From NCBI GenBank assembly GCA_951406725.2, contig OX597814.1, positions 112,344,001 through 112,408,000 on the forward strand: 64,000 bases of DNA. The letters are read 5' to 3'. Numbering within the stretch: the first letter of the stretch is position 1; each line of letters opens with the position of its first letter. The DNA is from Octopus vulgaris. Its lineage: Eukaryota. The notes under the pieces are model-generated. The model was not told where the DNA came from and searched no databases. It was given only the letters and a program-made list of their open reading frames with translations. The position numbers and the translations under genes were made by a program. Below, piece after piece: positions 40,881 through 54,602 of this stretch.

Positions 40881-41534
40881 TATATGTATATATGACGGGC
40901 TTCTTTCAGTATCCGTCTACCAAATCAATTCACAAGCTTTTGGTCGGCCCGAGCCTATAGTAGAAAACACTTGCCCAAGATGACAGGCAGTGGGACTGAA
41001 CCCGGAGCTATGTGGCTGGGAAGCATCCTCCTTACCACACAGCCATACCTGCGGCTATTTTGTCCAAATCTTCTTTACTGATCTAGGTTTTCTGCTTGCT
41101 AACGATGGAAATCACATTCAGTTTTTACAGAAATTAATTATGAAAAGATGTTGCAAAAGTTTTAGTCAATCGGAAGCAAGTTCCATGTTTCTCATAATTA
41201 ATTTTTGTGAAAAAGGTGAAAGTGATTTTCCGTCATAACCTTGCTAAGGAAAAAAAATAAAAAGGAACAAAAGCTACGTCGATGGAGAAAATTTGAACCC
41301 AGTCGCACGGTGGCGACGAAATGATGAAGATCGTCGCAGACGTTACTGTCAGGTCACTAAAGGGCCGAAACAAATACTACAAGGCATCTTCCATAACTCT
41401 GTTACAGTTCCCCTAGTCTAGGATTTGAATTCGGAACACTGAGCATATACTGCGAAGCCTTCCACCAAACATATTAATGACTTTTCCAATTCACATCCAA
41501 GACTAATCGTACTCATTATTTATCTGCTGTAAAG

Positions 41535-41700
41535 GCTGTATTTCGTCTGTCTTTACGTTCTGAGTTCAAATTCCGCCGAGGTCGACTTTGTCTTTCATCC
41601 TTTCGGAGACGAAAAATTAAGTACCAGTTGCGTACTGGTGTCGATCTAATCGACTGGCACCCTCCCCCAAAATTTCGAGCCTTGTGCCTGGAGCAGAAAT
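41535..41700 (+). mobile_element. SINE family B, 5'-truncated
   Basis: Central domain and tail. Confidence 0.78.
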
Positions 41701-41918
41701 GATTATTTTTCTGCTGAAAACTCGGAATGGTTTGCTTGCTTGGCGGGAAAATTAGTCGCGCGCGCATCAAAGGACATGGCTCTTCTCTCTCTCTTTCTCT
41801 CTCTCTCACTCTCTCTCTCTCTACATCTACCTACCTATCTATTTATCTTAGTCACTACGATAAAGATTTGAACTAGATGCTGTGTATATACATGCGTGTG
41901 TGTGTTTGTGTGTGTGTG

Positions 41919-41949
<31 letters not shown>

Positions 41950-42343
41950 TTGTGTGTGTGTACGCTAATATTAGGCAGTGAGAATGATTGTTCAACACCA
42001 CATTGGTGGAGATATAAACTTCATTTGTGGGTTGACAGGCCAATGATGTCATGTAGAGAGAAATACGTGAATACTCATCCAAAATGGAGACGAGTACGAA
42101 TGTTGCCATGCGACAGGCTTGATAATTGTAAAGCGATTCCTCTTTACATGAAACCATTGATAGCCTTGATAACCTATGAATAAAGTTCGTGTATATATAT
42201 ATATATATATATATATACGAACTTTGTATAAATACTCTTATATATGAAGGTGTACACGCGCATACACATATACGCACACATACATACAAATAGATATATC
42301 AATTAATATCTTGACTATATATATGTGTGTGTGTGTATTATAT

Positions 42344-42545
42344 ATTGCAGCGTGGAAGGTGTTTAGAGGCCATTTAAAAACATGAAATTTTGTCAGTGAA
42401 AATATTTTGGAAAACTAAATTTAAATGTTGAAGTGAATCTAACGGATATTGTATGTTTTAAATGGCTTATAAACACCTTCAACGCTGCAATTGTTTTCAT
42501 TTCAGCACACGATCTCAGATCAGGTCAATCGCTATGCAAGGTCAT
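42344..42545. mobile_element. Second copy of the 38575-38755 repeat, with a 40-bp inverted terminal duplication and HHR stem II deleted
   Basis: Arms 42344-42383 / 42453-42491; 42415-42540 is the reverse complement of about 38575-38700; centre reads ttgtcagtgaaaatattttg. Confidence 0.6.
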
Positions 42546-42577
42546 CACCATAATACATGAACACACAGACACACACT

Positions 42578-42627
<50 letters not shown>

Positions 42628-43220
42628 CATACACATATATACACATACATACATGTATATACACATTAACACACACATGTATATAAATTTTGTGTTTGTG
42701 TGTATATATAAACCATGTTTGGACCATAAACAAGACTTGACTTAAACAGGATTCAAATAATCCTATCAGGTGGTGCTATTAAGTTAGACATGGCCTGCAC
42801 CAATCTTTGGTCGAAACATATCTAAGTTTATCTAAGTTTATATATATATATATCCTTAAATCCTTAAAAATGTTTTAGCCCGAAGGCCGCGGCCATGCTG
42901 GGGCACCACCGCTGAATGTATATATATGTATATATAGGGAGAATTCACGAAAAAAACAAAAGACGAAGACAGGCGCTGTAGAAAACAAACAGATGTATTA
43001 GTATAAAGCTCGGGAATTGAAAAAGTCTTTTACGTTTCGAGTCGTATATATATATATATATATACGACGGGCTTCTTTCAGTTTCCTTCTACCAAATCCA
43101 CTCACAAAGCTTTGGTCAGCCCGAGGCTATAGTAGAAGACACTTACCCTAGGTACCACGCAGTAGGACTGAACCCAGAACTATGTGGTTGGGAAGCAAGC
43201 TTCATACCACGCAGCCACGC

Positions 43221-43274
<54 letters not shown>

Positions 43275-43539
43275 GTGTGTGCGACCGTGTTTGTGCGCGC
43301 GCACGCACAAATCCTTAGAATTATGATTAAAATGACTGTTGTTTCTAAGCATAAAAACATTGGACAGAGAAGATATGACTCAACACAAACGTGTCTCCTT
43401 ATTATTCACCAGAACTTTATTAACGATGACTTTTATGTGTATATTAATTATCCCTGCTAGCACGCACTCACGCATACACATACACAGGCACACACGCACA
43501 CATCCCCATTCATATATATATTTCTTTGTTCTTTTTTTT

Positions 43540-43768
43540 TTTATTTTATTCGTTTCAGTTATTTGACTGCGGCCATGATGGAGCATCACCCTTAGTCGAA
43601 CACATCGCACCCTCCGTCCAGGACTTATTCTTTGTAAAGCCTACTACTTATTCTATCGGTCTCTTTTGCCGAACCGCTAAGTTAAGGGGACAAAAACACA
43701 CCAACCCTGGTAATCAAGCGATGATGGGGGAACAAACTCAGACACACGAACCACACACACACAAACGC

Positions 43769-43826
<58 letters not shown>

Positions 43827-44007
43827 GTATATATATGCATATATATATATATATACAACAGCTTCTTTCAGTTCCTGTCTACCAAATCGAGTCACAAGGC
43901 TTTGGTTGGCACGAGGGTATAGTAGAAGACACTTGCCCAAGGTGTCACGCAGTGGGACTGAACCCAGTAGCATGTGGTTGGTAAGCAAGCTACTTACCAC
44001 ACAGCCA
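43540..44007 (-). mobile_element. SINE family A
   Basis: Reverse-complement copy; a separate head fragment lies at 43060-43222. Confidence 0.8.
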
Positions 44008-44182
44008 TTCTCGAAATACGAGAATAGAGAAACAGCCAATAACTGATGAAGGGTCGTTCTTTGAGTTGTTTGTTTTATTTTCCATTTGTGTCTTTCGTTG
44101 TTTGAAAAGATAGTTCATATTCCAGGTACTCGTACTTTGTATTTTTTGTTGTACACGTTTCATGACATCCTGTGCCCACAAA

Positions 44183-44266
<84 letters not shown>

Positions 44267-44299
44267 TTTATATATATATATGTACATATATATACGTAC

Positions 44300-44340
<41 letters not shown>

Positions 44341-44476
44341 CGTACGTTATGTATGTATGTATATATATATGTGTGTATGAGTGTATGTATGTAACGTTAT
44401 TTATGTGAATGTCCCCTAATTTTCATAAGAACTTTATTCTAGGGAGCCCATATAGGAAATTGTTGTTAAAAATTTA

Positions 44477-44687
44477 TTCTTTTACCCTTTTACCAGTTTC
44501 AGTCATTTGACTGCGGCCATGCTGGAGCAACGCCTTTAGTCAAACAAATCGACCACAGGACTTATTCTTTGTAAACCTAGTACTTATTCTATCGGTCTTT
44601 TTACGCCGAGCCGCTAAGTCACGGTTACGTAAACACACCAACATCGCGTGTCAAGCGATGGTGGGAGGACAAACACTGCCACACAAG

Positions 44688-44741
<54 letters not shown>

Positions 44742-44965
44742 CACACAAGCACACACACACACACACACACACGCACACACACCTATATATATACGACAGG
44801 CTTCTTCCATTTTCCGTCTACCAAATCCACTCCCAAGGCTTTGGTCGGCCCCGAGTCCATTATAGAATTGTAGAAGACACTTGCCCAAGATGCCACGCAG
44901 TGGGACTGAACCAGGAATCATGTGGTTGGGAAGCAAGCCTCTTACCACAGAACGACTCCTGCGTC
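44477..44965 (-). mobile_element. SINE family A
   Basis: Reverse-complement full copy with diagnostic insertion at 44855-44872. Confidence 0.85.
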
Positions 44966-45009
44966 TGTAAAATAATTTTATGTGCAATAAATTTGTTATA
45001 CTTCTACAA

Positions 45010-45383
45010 TAGTGTTCTGCAACCGCTGTGCCACAAGACGAGGCTAGGTTTACAAAGAATAAGTCCTGTGGTCGATTTGTATGACAAAAGGCGATGCTCC
45101 AGCATGGCCGCAGTCAAATGACTGAAACCAGTAAAAGGGTAAAAGAATGAATTTTTAACAACAAATTCTTATATGGAACCCCTAGGGTCCATATGAAAAT
45201 TTGGAGACATTCACATAAATATCGTTACATACATACACTCATACACACATATATACATAACGCAGTGTAACCTGAATATAATTTTCCCCCTATACTTTTA
45301 ATTATATTTTTAGCTGAGGTGTGCCGCCGAATTTTGAGAAGAATATAAGTTTGCCTCAAGTGAAAAAATGTTGAAGAACACTG
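45010..45383. mobile_element. hAT (Charlie-like) non-autonomous element with 8-bp TSD
   Basis: TSD ttctacaa at 45002-45009 and 45384-45391; termini tagtgttctgcaac / gttgaagaacactg. Confidence 0.75.
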
Positions 45384-45562
45384 TTCTACAATACACAAAA
45401 TATTTTAATCATTTTTCATAAATACAATTCTTAATATTTAATAACAGAAATACGATTTTTAAAGTATTGAATGTTTTTGTAGGTTCACCTGAGTAAAACA
45501 AAAATCAAAAGGCCCCACAGGTGAAAAAAAGAAAAACAAAACAAAACAAAAAAACGTTGAGA

Positions 45563-45737
45563 AGGAGTGGCTGTGTGGTAAGTAGCTTGTTTACCAACAA
45601 CATGGTTCCGGGTTCAGTCCCACTGCGTGGCACCTTGGGCAAGTGTCTTCTATAATTCTATAATGGACTCGGGGCCGACCAAAGCCTTGTGAGTGGATTT
45701 GGTAGACGGAAACTGAAAGAAGCCCGTCGTATATATG

Positions 45738-45768
<31 letters not shown>

Positions 45769-45978
45769 TTGTGTGTCTGTGTTTGTCACCCCTAGCATTG
45801 CTTGACAACCGATGCTGGTGTGTTTATGTCCCCGTTACTTAGCGGTTCGGCAAAAGAGACCGATAGAATAAGTACTGGGCTTACAAAAGAATAAGTCCCG
45901 GGGTTGAGTTGCTCGATTGAAGGCGGTGCTCCAGCATGGCCGCAGTCAAATGACTGAAACAAGTAAAAGAGTAAAAGG
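45563..45978 (+). mobile_element. SINE family A, full length
   Basis: A-box-like tggctgtgtggt, B-box-like ggttcagtccc, gcaccttgggcaagtg (CORE-like), standard tail. Confidence 0.88.
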
Positions 45979-46223
45979 GAGAGTAACCACTCGTCTAGGA
46001 GAAGGTAAATTCCCATGAAAAGAACTTGAAGTGCAATTGGTTTCTGGTCGTCTGAACCTTTCTTGTACCTATGGTTTTATTAAAGCTGGTTGCACTCAAA
46101 ATTGGGTTCAGTGCCATGCAGCACTTTACTCACTCAAAGCACAATAGTGCACAGGGAAACCTCTTACTCTCAGAATCTTGATTTTAGGAAATCGTTTCGC
46201 TCGGCAACGAGTTGACTTTCACC

Positions 46224-46272
<49 letters not shown>

Positions 46273-46420
46273 GAAATCAAATATAGAATATAAAATATAA
46301 ATTACAAAGTGGGACAAGAACGCAAAAACACACAAAAAGACGACACAAAAAAACAGACGGGTCACTCGAAGCCTCTAATCTTCTTTCGGAACCGGATCAT
46401 CTTAGCAATTTCGGATGTTT

Positions 46421-46455
<35 letters not shown>

Positions 46456-47492
46456 ATACACATATATACATATACATATGCACATATATATATATAAATA
46501 ATATATATATATATAGGCATATATGCATATATGGGTACAGGACGTCACCAAGAATAAACAACATGGAATACGAAAACAAATGAGTTCAATACTCAAACAA
46601 CGAGAGAAACAAATGGAAAACAGGACGACTATCACTAAGAACGACCCTTCATCAGTTGTCGGCTCTCTATCTGTTCCTCATTTCGAGCATTGAACATATA
46701 TGTGTGTATTTGTGTGTGTGTGTGTGTTTGGTAGGCGGATGTCAGGAATGTGTCGCCCATATAAGTTGAATTTTCTCCATTTTCACAAGGTTTTATTAAT
46801 TTTTTTTTTCACCACGTACTTCAAAATGATGGGTGGAAGGACTTTAGGCAAAAGAAAAAATACGAAAATCTCTGATGGATTTTCATGGAATTTTAAAATT
46901 TTCATTTTTTTCTTTTTAAAGAAAAAAGGCTTCTTCCCTTCATTTTTAAGTGCGCAGTGCAAAACAAAATCCCTCCTGAGGGCTCCGAGGAAGGGGAGAG
47001 GGTAAAACACTCATAGATTTTCAAAAATTTTTCTCATACACGACTCCCTCCGCCCCACACACGCGCACACCATCATTGGTGTTTGGTGAAAAAAGATTGA
47101 AAAATTATCGCCAAAAATCCTCGAAAAAATCGAACTTATGTGGCCGACCAATTCCACACCTCCGCCGTTTGCAGTATGTATGTATGTATGTATGTATGTA
47201 TGTATGTATGTATGTATGTATGTATGTATGTATGTATTATGTATGTATGTATGTATGTATGTATTTGTATGGTTTATGGATACGTGGTGAAAGGCGAAGA
47301 ATTGTGCAGTTCCCGATAAGGATTCCTTGTAGTGCAGTACCTTAGTGAGGAATAGGATAACGGAGGAATTTCCCGGTCGAAAATTGTACAGAAACCCGCT
47401 TTCTGTTTCTGCGCTTGTGTGTTTGTGTACGTGTATGTGGTGTGCGCGCGTGTGTATGTGAGTGTGTATCTGTATGTATATATACTTATATA

Positions 47493-47550
<58 letters not shown>

Positions 47551-47580
47551 ATATAATATGCATGTATGTACGTATGTATG

Positions 47581-47611
<31 letters not shown>

Positions 47612-47764
47612 ATTTGATATATACATATGTGTAAGAAGATTGCTTGCCATCTACATGGTTCCAGGTTCCAGGTTCAGTCCCACAGCGTGGCACCTTGGGC
47701 AAGTGTCTTCTACTATAGCTTCGGGCCAACCAAAGCCTTATGAGTGGATATGGTATATGGAAAC

Positions 47765-47783
47765 TGAAGGAAACTCATGTATA

Positions 47784-47826
<43 letters not shown>

Positions 47827-47894
47827 ATGTGTGTGTGTATGTATGTATATATATATATATATACATATACATACATACATACACACACACACAT

Positions 47895-47925
<31 letters not shown>

Positions 47926-47950
47926 CATATATATACATGAGTTTCCTTCA
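47765..47950. repeat. Fold-back palindrome of a SINE end plus microsatellite
   Basis: tgaaggaaactcatgtatatatatgt... / ...acatatatatacatgagtttccttca. Confidence 0.85.
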
Positions 47951-48318
47951 TGTATGTATATATATATATATATATATATATACATACACACACACAAACA
48001 TGTGTATATATATATATATATGTATATATATACACACTCACGTATGTAATATACTACGCACACACACACACATTTTTTGAGGTGTGTGTGAGAAAGAGAG
48101 ACTGCATCCGATTTTATGTTTACACCGAGCTAAAAATCCGATATTCTGTTTATGTTGCATATATCCCTTTATATGTAGCGTATCGATTTATAAAGATCGA
48201 TAAAATATGTAAATACGTGCAAGACCTAAAAGAGCAGGGAACTTGTGTTGACGTTATCAACTAAAGTCCTGGAATATGGTGCTCCAGTATAGCGAGTCCT
48301 TTGAAACAGTAACAACAC

Positions 48319-48454
<136 letters not shown>

Positions 48455-48619
48455 GTACATATACATACTCTCACATACACATATTCTTTTATTCTTTTAC
48501 TTGTTTCAGTCATGTGACTGCGGTCATGCTGGAGTAATACCTTTAGTCGAACAAATCGACCCCAGGACTTATTCATTGTAAGCCTATTACTTATTCTTCA
48601 GGAAAAGAAATCTTCAGGA

Positions 48620-48670
48620 AGCTTCCTGATGATTTCTTTTGAATGAAACAGTTCTAGTCCTGTAGAAGCT
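48620..48670 (+). ncRNA. Type I hammerhead (same family as 39027-39077)
   Basis: agcttc-CTGATGA-tttc tttt gaat-GAAA-cag ttctagtc ctg-TA-gaagct; about 80 nt downstream match 39078-39165. Confidence 0.65.
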
Positions 48671-49619
48671 CCTTCTATAAAATAAATTAATTTACTATGT
48701 ATTGAGTACCTTATTAACTGTGGTTAACCCCGACTCAACGCGGGACCTACATATATATATATATACGCACACACACACACACACATATTATTAATATTCG
48801 CATGTGTATAAACTACATATATTATACACTACATGTGTGTGCATACACACACATACACACACACACACACACACATAAATACACATACACCACCCCCCGC
48901 ACATACACATGTGTGTGTTTGTGCGTAATACATAAATATTAATATTCACATATATAGAAACTATATATTATATACACTACATGTGTGTGTGTGTGTGTGT
49001 GTATTTATCTGTTTATATATATATATATATTAAGGTATGTAGAAAAATACAACAAGGACAAGAACGTATAACTCTTAGAAGACGATACAATAAACACGGA
49101 CAGGACATTCGAAACCCTCAGTCTTCAGTCAAGAACCGGATCATCGTAATACATACACACAATACACACACAGACACACGCACACACACACACATAAACG
49201 CACATTACACTATGTTTTCACCGTAATTTTTGGTCATATTTATTTTAATACTCACCGTAATATTGTTTACTAACTTAACCCTCCTCTGCCTTTCTGTCTG
49301 CGCAGTGGTCAGTTGCTCAGGCCACCAGGCCGTAACACTGCTAAACTGACCACAAACACAGTGAATGGTTAAAGACCAACCTCTTCATCCTATCACGTAA
49401 TAAAATAACCGAAGGTTTTTCTCTCGCCCAGAAGTCTGGTAGGCGGGACGTTTGAACCAGAAACTCCATTTGACACGCCCATGCTATTTACGTCACGCCA
49501 ACTTCAAAGTGGATGAACGACTGTGGAAGGCGGAGCCTGTTTGTATAACCACACCTACTGTGCTGATTTGATTGACGTCTAGTTAGCGTTGCTGGCTGGC
49601 GAGGGCCGACTATCGCAGC

Positions 49620-50246
49620 GATATATTGATGGGCTTAATGTGTGTGTGCGTGTGTGTGTGGTTAATGACTGTGTGTGTGTATTCGTATGCATGTATGTGT
49701 GTGTGTTAGTTTCTCTGTGTGTGTGTGTGTGTGTGTTTGTCGGTGTGTATTTATATATATATATGCATGTGTGCGTGTTTTTTGTTTTTGTATGCGTGTG
49801 TTTGTGTTAGTTTCCGTATGAATGTGTTTGTGTGCGTGTGAGCGTATGTGTTAGTGAGTGTTTGTGTGTATGTATGTGTGCGTGTGTATGCTTATGCATG
49901 TATGCGTGTGTGTCAGTTTCTGTGTCGTGTGTGTGTTAGTTTCTCTGTGTGTGTGCTTATGTGTGGATGCTTATGTGTGTGTTTGTCGGTGTGTACATAC
50001 ATATGCATGTGTGCGTGTGTTTTTGTTTTTGTATGTGTGTGTGTTAGTTTCCGTATTAATGTGTTTGTGTGTGTTTGTGAGTGTACATGCCTATGCATGT
50101 ATGCGTGTGTGTTAGTTTCTGTGTGTGTGTGTGCGTGTGTGTGTTAATTTCCGTATGAGTGTGTTTGTGTGTGTGTGTGCGTGTATATGTTACTGAGTGT
50201 TTGTGTGTATGTGTGTGTATATGCGTATGCATGTATGTGTGTGTGT

Positions 50247-50285
<39 letters not shown>
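49620..50285 (+). repeat. Higher-order degenerate (TG)n minisatellite
   Basis: Recurring gtgtgttagttt and gcatgt(a/g)tg motifs within TG repeats. Confidence 0.7.
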
Positions 50286-50286
<1 letters not shown>

Positions 50287-50488
50287 TTCCCTGTACTTAT
50301 GTATCCGTAGGTGATTTTATCTTTCTGAAATAATACAGATCGTTTTTATTTCTCTCATTCTTTCCTTCTTTCTTTCTTTCTTTCTTTCTATTTTCTTTCT
50401 TTCATTTTCTTTCTACTCATTATTTATTCTCTCCATTCTCCCTCCCTCCCTCTCTCTCTCTCTTTCTCTCTTTCTTCATCTCTGTATA

Positions 50489-50673
50489 GGCGCAGGAGTG
50501 GCTGTGTGGTAAGTGTGTGTTTGTGTGGTAAGTAGCTTGTTTACCAACCACATGGTTCTGGGTTCAGTCCCACTGCGTGGCATCTTGGGCAAGTGTCTTC
50601 TGCTATAACCCCGGGCCGACCAATGCCTTGTGAGTGGATTTGGTAGACGGAAACTGACTGAAAGACGCCCGTC

Positions 50674-50727
<54 letters not shown>

Positions 50728-50953
50728 GTGTGTGTATGAGTTTGTGTGTCTGTGTCTGACCCCCTAGCATTGCTTGACAACCGATGCTGGTGTGTTTACG
50801 TCCCCGTCACTTAGCGGTTCGGCAAAAAGAGACCGATAGAATAAGTACTGGGCTTACAAAAGAATAAGTCCCGGGGTCGATTTGCTCGGCTAAAGGCGGT
50901 GCTCCAGCATGGCCACAGTCAAAATGACTGAAACAAGTAAAAAAGATAAAAGA
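50489..50953 (+). mobile_element. SINE family A, full length
   Basis: As 45563-45978. Confidence 0.88.
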
Positions 50954-51256
50954 GATATACATATATAGATGTTTGTATGTACATCGGTATGTGTATGCTT
51001 GTATGTATGTATGTATGTATGTGTGTATGTATGTATGTATGTATGTATGTATGTGTGTGTGTGTGTTTGTGTGTATGCATATACAGATATTCGTTTGACT
51101 GTATTCTTCCTCTTTTATTGGTTTCAGTCAGACGTCGCGGTCAGGCCGGAGCACCGGCATTGGAAGTATATACATAATATATCGCATAATATGTATACAC
51201 ACACACACACACACACATACACAGACATACATATACATATATACATATGTACATAA

Positions 51257-51488
51257 GGCGGCGATCTGGTAGAAACGTTAGCACGGTGGGCGAAATTCGT
51301 AGCCGTATTTCGTCTGTCGTTACGTTCTGAGTTCAAATTCCGCCGAAGTCGACTTTGCCTTTCATCCTTTCAGGGTCGATAAATTAAGTACCAGTTACGC
51401 ACTGGGGTCGATGTAGTCGACTTAATCCCTTTGTTTGTCCTTGTTTGTCCCCTCTGTGTTTAGCCCCTTGTGGATAGTAAAGAAATAC
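51257..51488 (+). mobile_element. SINE family B monomer with LINE-like tail
   Basis: Head ggcggcgatctggtagaaacgttagc; gcctttcatcctttcagggtcgataaattaagtaccag; tail ttagccccttgtggatagtaaagaaata. Confidence 0.85.
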
Positions 51489-52002
51489 ATACATACATAT
51501 ATGCAGAGAGAGAGAGAGAGAGAGAGAGTAATAGAAAGAGACAAGAAGTGGGAGTCTCTATAAATCCTTGATGTGTCTTTACGTTCGTGACAGAGCTGCG
51601 TATTTACACGTACGTGGATGCTTGTGTTTGTGAATGTCTCTTTGTGTGTGTGTGTGTATGTGTGTATGTGTGTGTGTGTGTGTGCTTGTGCGCATGTGCG
51701 TGCGTGTGTTCGTCAGAACAGAGAAGGGGCGTGGGGGGAGGGGAAGATATTGTCACATATTAAAATTTTTTCTTCTCTCTTCTTTTACTTCTCTTTTTCG
51801 CTCTCCCTCCTTCCCACCGCCCCCTACTTTCTGTGACTCCCTCTCTTTATACATCTCTCTCCCTCTATCTTTCTCTCTCTCTCTAAGATAAATAAGTGTT
51901 TGAATGCACATATGTATATGTAATATGCATATATATATATAATACGTGTGTATTATAAATAAGTTTGCTTATATATAGATATACACACGCCACACATATA
52001 TG

Positions 52003-52116
<114 letters not shown>

Positions 52117-52223
52117 AAACAAAATAACTTCTTTATTAACCTCTATCGTCGCTTCTTTTGAACCAGATTTCTTCCAAACAGTTCCATCGTATCTCTTCTG
52201 TCTTTCTATCTTTCTCTTATTCT

Positions 52224-52264
<41 letters not shown>

Positions 52265-52477
52265 TCTCTCTCTCTCTCCCTCTCTCTCTCTCTCTCTCAC
52301 ACACACACTCACTGTCTCTCTCTTTCTCCCTTTTCTTCTATTCTTCTATCTTTCTGAAACTGCGTTGAAGACAAAGAATCTGCGACCCATAAAAAATATT
52401 TATAGGTTAAATAAGGAACATAGACGTATATATTCAATAAAAAAATATGTTTTTACAAACGGACGTGAAAGAATGTT

Positions 52478-52554
<77 letters not shown>

Positions 52555-52595
52555 ATGTATGTATGTATGTATGTATGTATGTATTAATGTGTGTA

Positions 52596-52630
<35 letters not shown>

Positions 52631-52634
<4 letters not shown>

Positions 52635-53018
52635 AATCTCTGAGTAGCCGCACAACATCGTGAAGTGTATTTGCCACCTAAATGTGGCTAACACTTAAGG
52701 GTTGATGCTACTGTAGCTTGTAGCCCCAGGAAGACATCTCCTCCAGTGGGCTACTGACACATTATCTGTGCCCTATCAGTATTTGCAAAGGGAAGTCATC
52801 CTTCCCATTTCCAGCCGGACGTGATACACACGGATCCGAGTTTCTGTATAATTACCTGTCACCAGGGCGTGACAGCCACCGATTGGAGATGGAAAATGGT
52901 TCTTAATGCAAATATATATATTTTTCCTGTGACGAAAATCACTGATCTCGAAAAAGGGGAAACAAGCACTAATAAATCTCTGAGCGAGGTATAAACAGTA
53001 GCCGCACGACATCGTGAA
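52631..53018 (-). mobile_element. About 340-nt terminally redundant insert related to 40411-40880; ribozyme core decayed
   Basis: aataaatctctgag...gtagccgcac(a/g)acatcgtgaa at 52631 and 52971; shares the three-stem motif (52721-52772); only ctggtga...gaaac remains at the HHR position. Confidence 0.5.
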
Positions 53019-53029
53019 CTACATTTATA

Positions 53030-53457
53030 GGCGCAGGAGTGGCTGTGTGGTAAGTAGCTTGCTTACCAACCCCATTGTCCCGGGTTCAGTCTCTCTGGCA
53101 CCTTGGGCAAATGTCTTCTAGTATAGCGTCGGGCCGACCAAAGCCTTGTGAGTAGATTTGGTAGACGGAGACTGGAAGAAGCTTGTCGTATATATATATA
53201 TATATATATGTATATGTATGTGTATGTATATGTATGTGTATGTATATGTTTGTGTGTCTGTGTTTGTCCCGCCCCCTCCAACATCACTTGACAACTGATG
53301 CTGGTGTGTTTACGTACCCGTAACGTGGCGGTTCGGCAAAAAGAGACCGATAGAATAAGTACTAGGCTTACAAAGAATAAGTCCTGGGGTCGATCTGCTC
53401 GACTATAGGTGGTGCTCCAGCATGGCCACAGTCAAATGACTGAAACAAGTAAAAGAA
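53030..53457 (+). mobile_element. SINE family A, full length
   Basis: As 45563-45978. Confidence 0.88.
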
Positions 53458-53709
53458 TATATATGTATATATATATCTATATATATATCCCTCTCTTATG
53501 CGTGTGTTGTGTGTGTGCGTTTAAGTGTGTGCTTAACTAAGAATGGATATCTTTTATCTTTTACTTGTTTCAGTCATTAGAGCGCGCCCATGCTGGGGCA
53601 CTGCCTTGCTATGTTTGATGTATGTTCATAGTTCTGAATGGTTATATAGTAAAGCTGAATATAGAACGATATACGAGTTAAATACTTCATATGCCTTCAA
53701 TATGTGAAT

Positions 53710-53779
<70 letters not shown>

Positions 53780-53780
<1 letters not shown>

Positions 53781-53873
53781 CATCAGAGCATCACAACAAA
53801 TCACAGCACATACCCAAGGCACACAGAGCTGTGCTCGGTAGTGAAGTGAAAGCACGCTATAAAAATAAAACTA

Positions 53874-53878
<5 letters not shown>
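53780..53878 (+). mobile_element. Short insert in (TAA)n, probably a LINE 3' end
   Basis: About 100-nt unique sequence between two (AAT)n tracts next to the R4/Dong-like fragment; family assignment is inference. Confidence 0.4.
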
Positions 53879-53962
<84 letters not shown>

Positions 53963-53987
53963 CAACAACAACAACAACAACAACAAA

Positions 53988-54556
53988 CCACCTCAAGTGC
54001 TTGAAAATGATTACATCTCACTTCTGTGGATCTTCACCGTTGAAACTAACAGAAAGATAGATTCGAAGCGGCCAGACAAGGATTTCAGACAAAAATCATT
54101 CCTCCTCGTTGTTATGATTGTCCCAATCGACATAAAAAGTATTTGTCAAGACCCACCAAAAACAGGGCAAGTATAAAGATCTTGAAATAGAGATTGGCAA
54201 AATGTGGAACCTGAAGACTAATACAATACCTGTTGTCGTAGGTGCCGTAGGAATGATAGCAAAAGGAGCTGATTCGTACCTAGCTCAGATAACAGGAAAC
54301 CCCCAAATGGCAGAAATTCAAAAGATAGTGTTCATGGGAACTGCCCATATCCTACTTTCTATGTAATCTCAAATTTTAAAACAAACTTCTAATTTTCTTA
54401 TGGTTTCTTAAACATTCTCTAGAACAACACTGTGTACAGAACCAAATATATGGCACCCTAGTCATAACACCAACATGAACTTCTAACTTGTTGTCTCTTG
54501 AGGTCTCTGGTACAAGTTGACTTGGAGTCAACTTGTACAATTACAAAGCAAAAGTC

Positions 54557-54560
<4 letters not shown>
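53988..54560 (+). mobile_element. 5'-truncated R4/Dong-like non-LTR retrotransposon (restriction-like endonuclease C-terminus + 3' UTR), frameshifted
   Basis: PPQVLENDYISLLWIFTVETNRKIDSKRPD...[frameshift]...KYKDLEIEIGKMWNLKTNTIPVVVGAVGMI...IQKIVFMGTAHIL, stop at 54364-54366; flanked by (AAT)n/(AAC)n. Confidence 0.85.
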
Positions 54561-54593
<33 letters not shown>

Positions 54594-54602
54594 AATAATA
54601 AT

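Noticed and set aside
44005-44185. Type II hammerhead in the ctgatgaaggg repeat family (also 35640-35820 and 46530-46690)
   Set aside because: GAAA and CUGAUGA are present but stems I and III cannot be paired in any copy.
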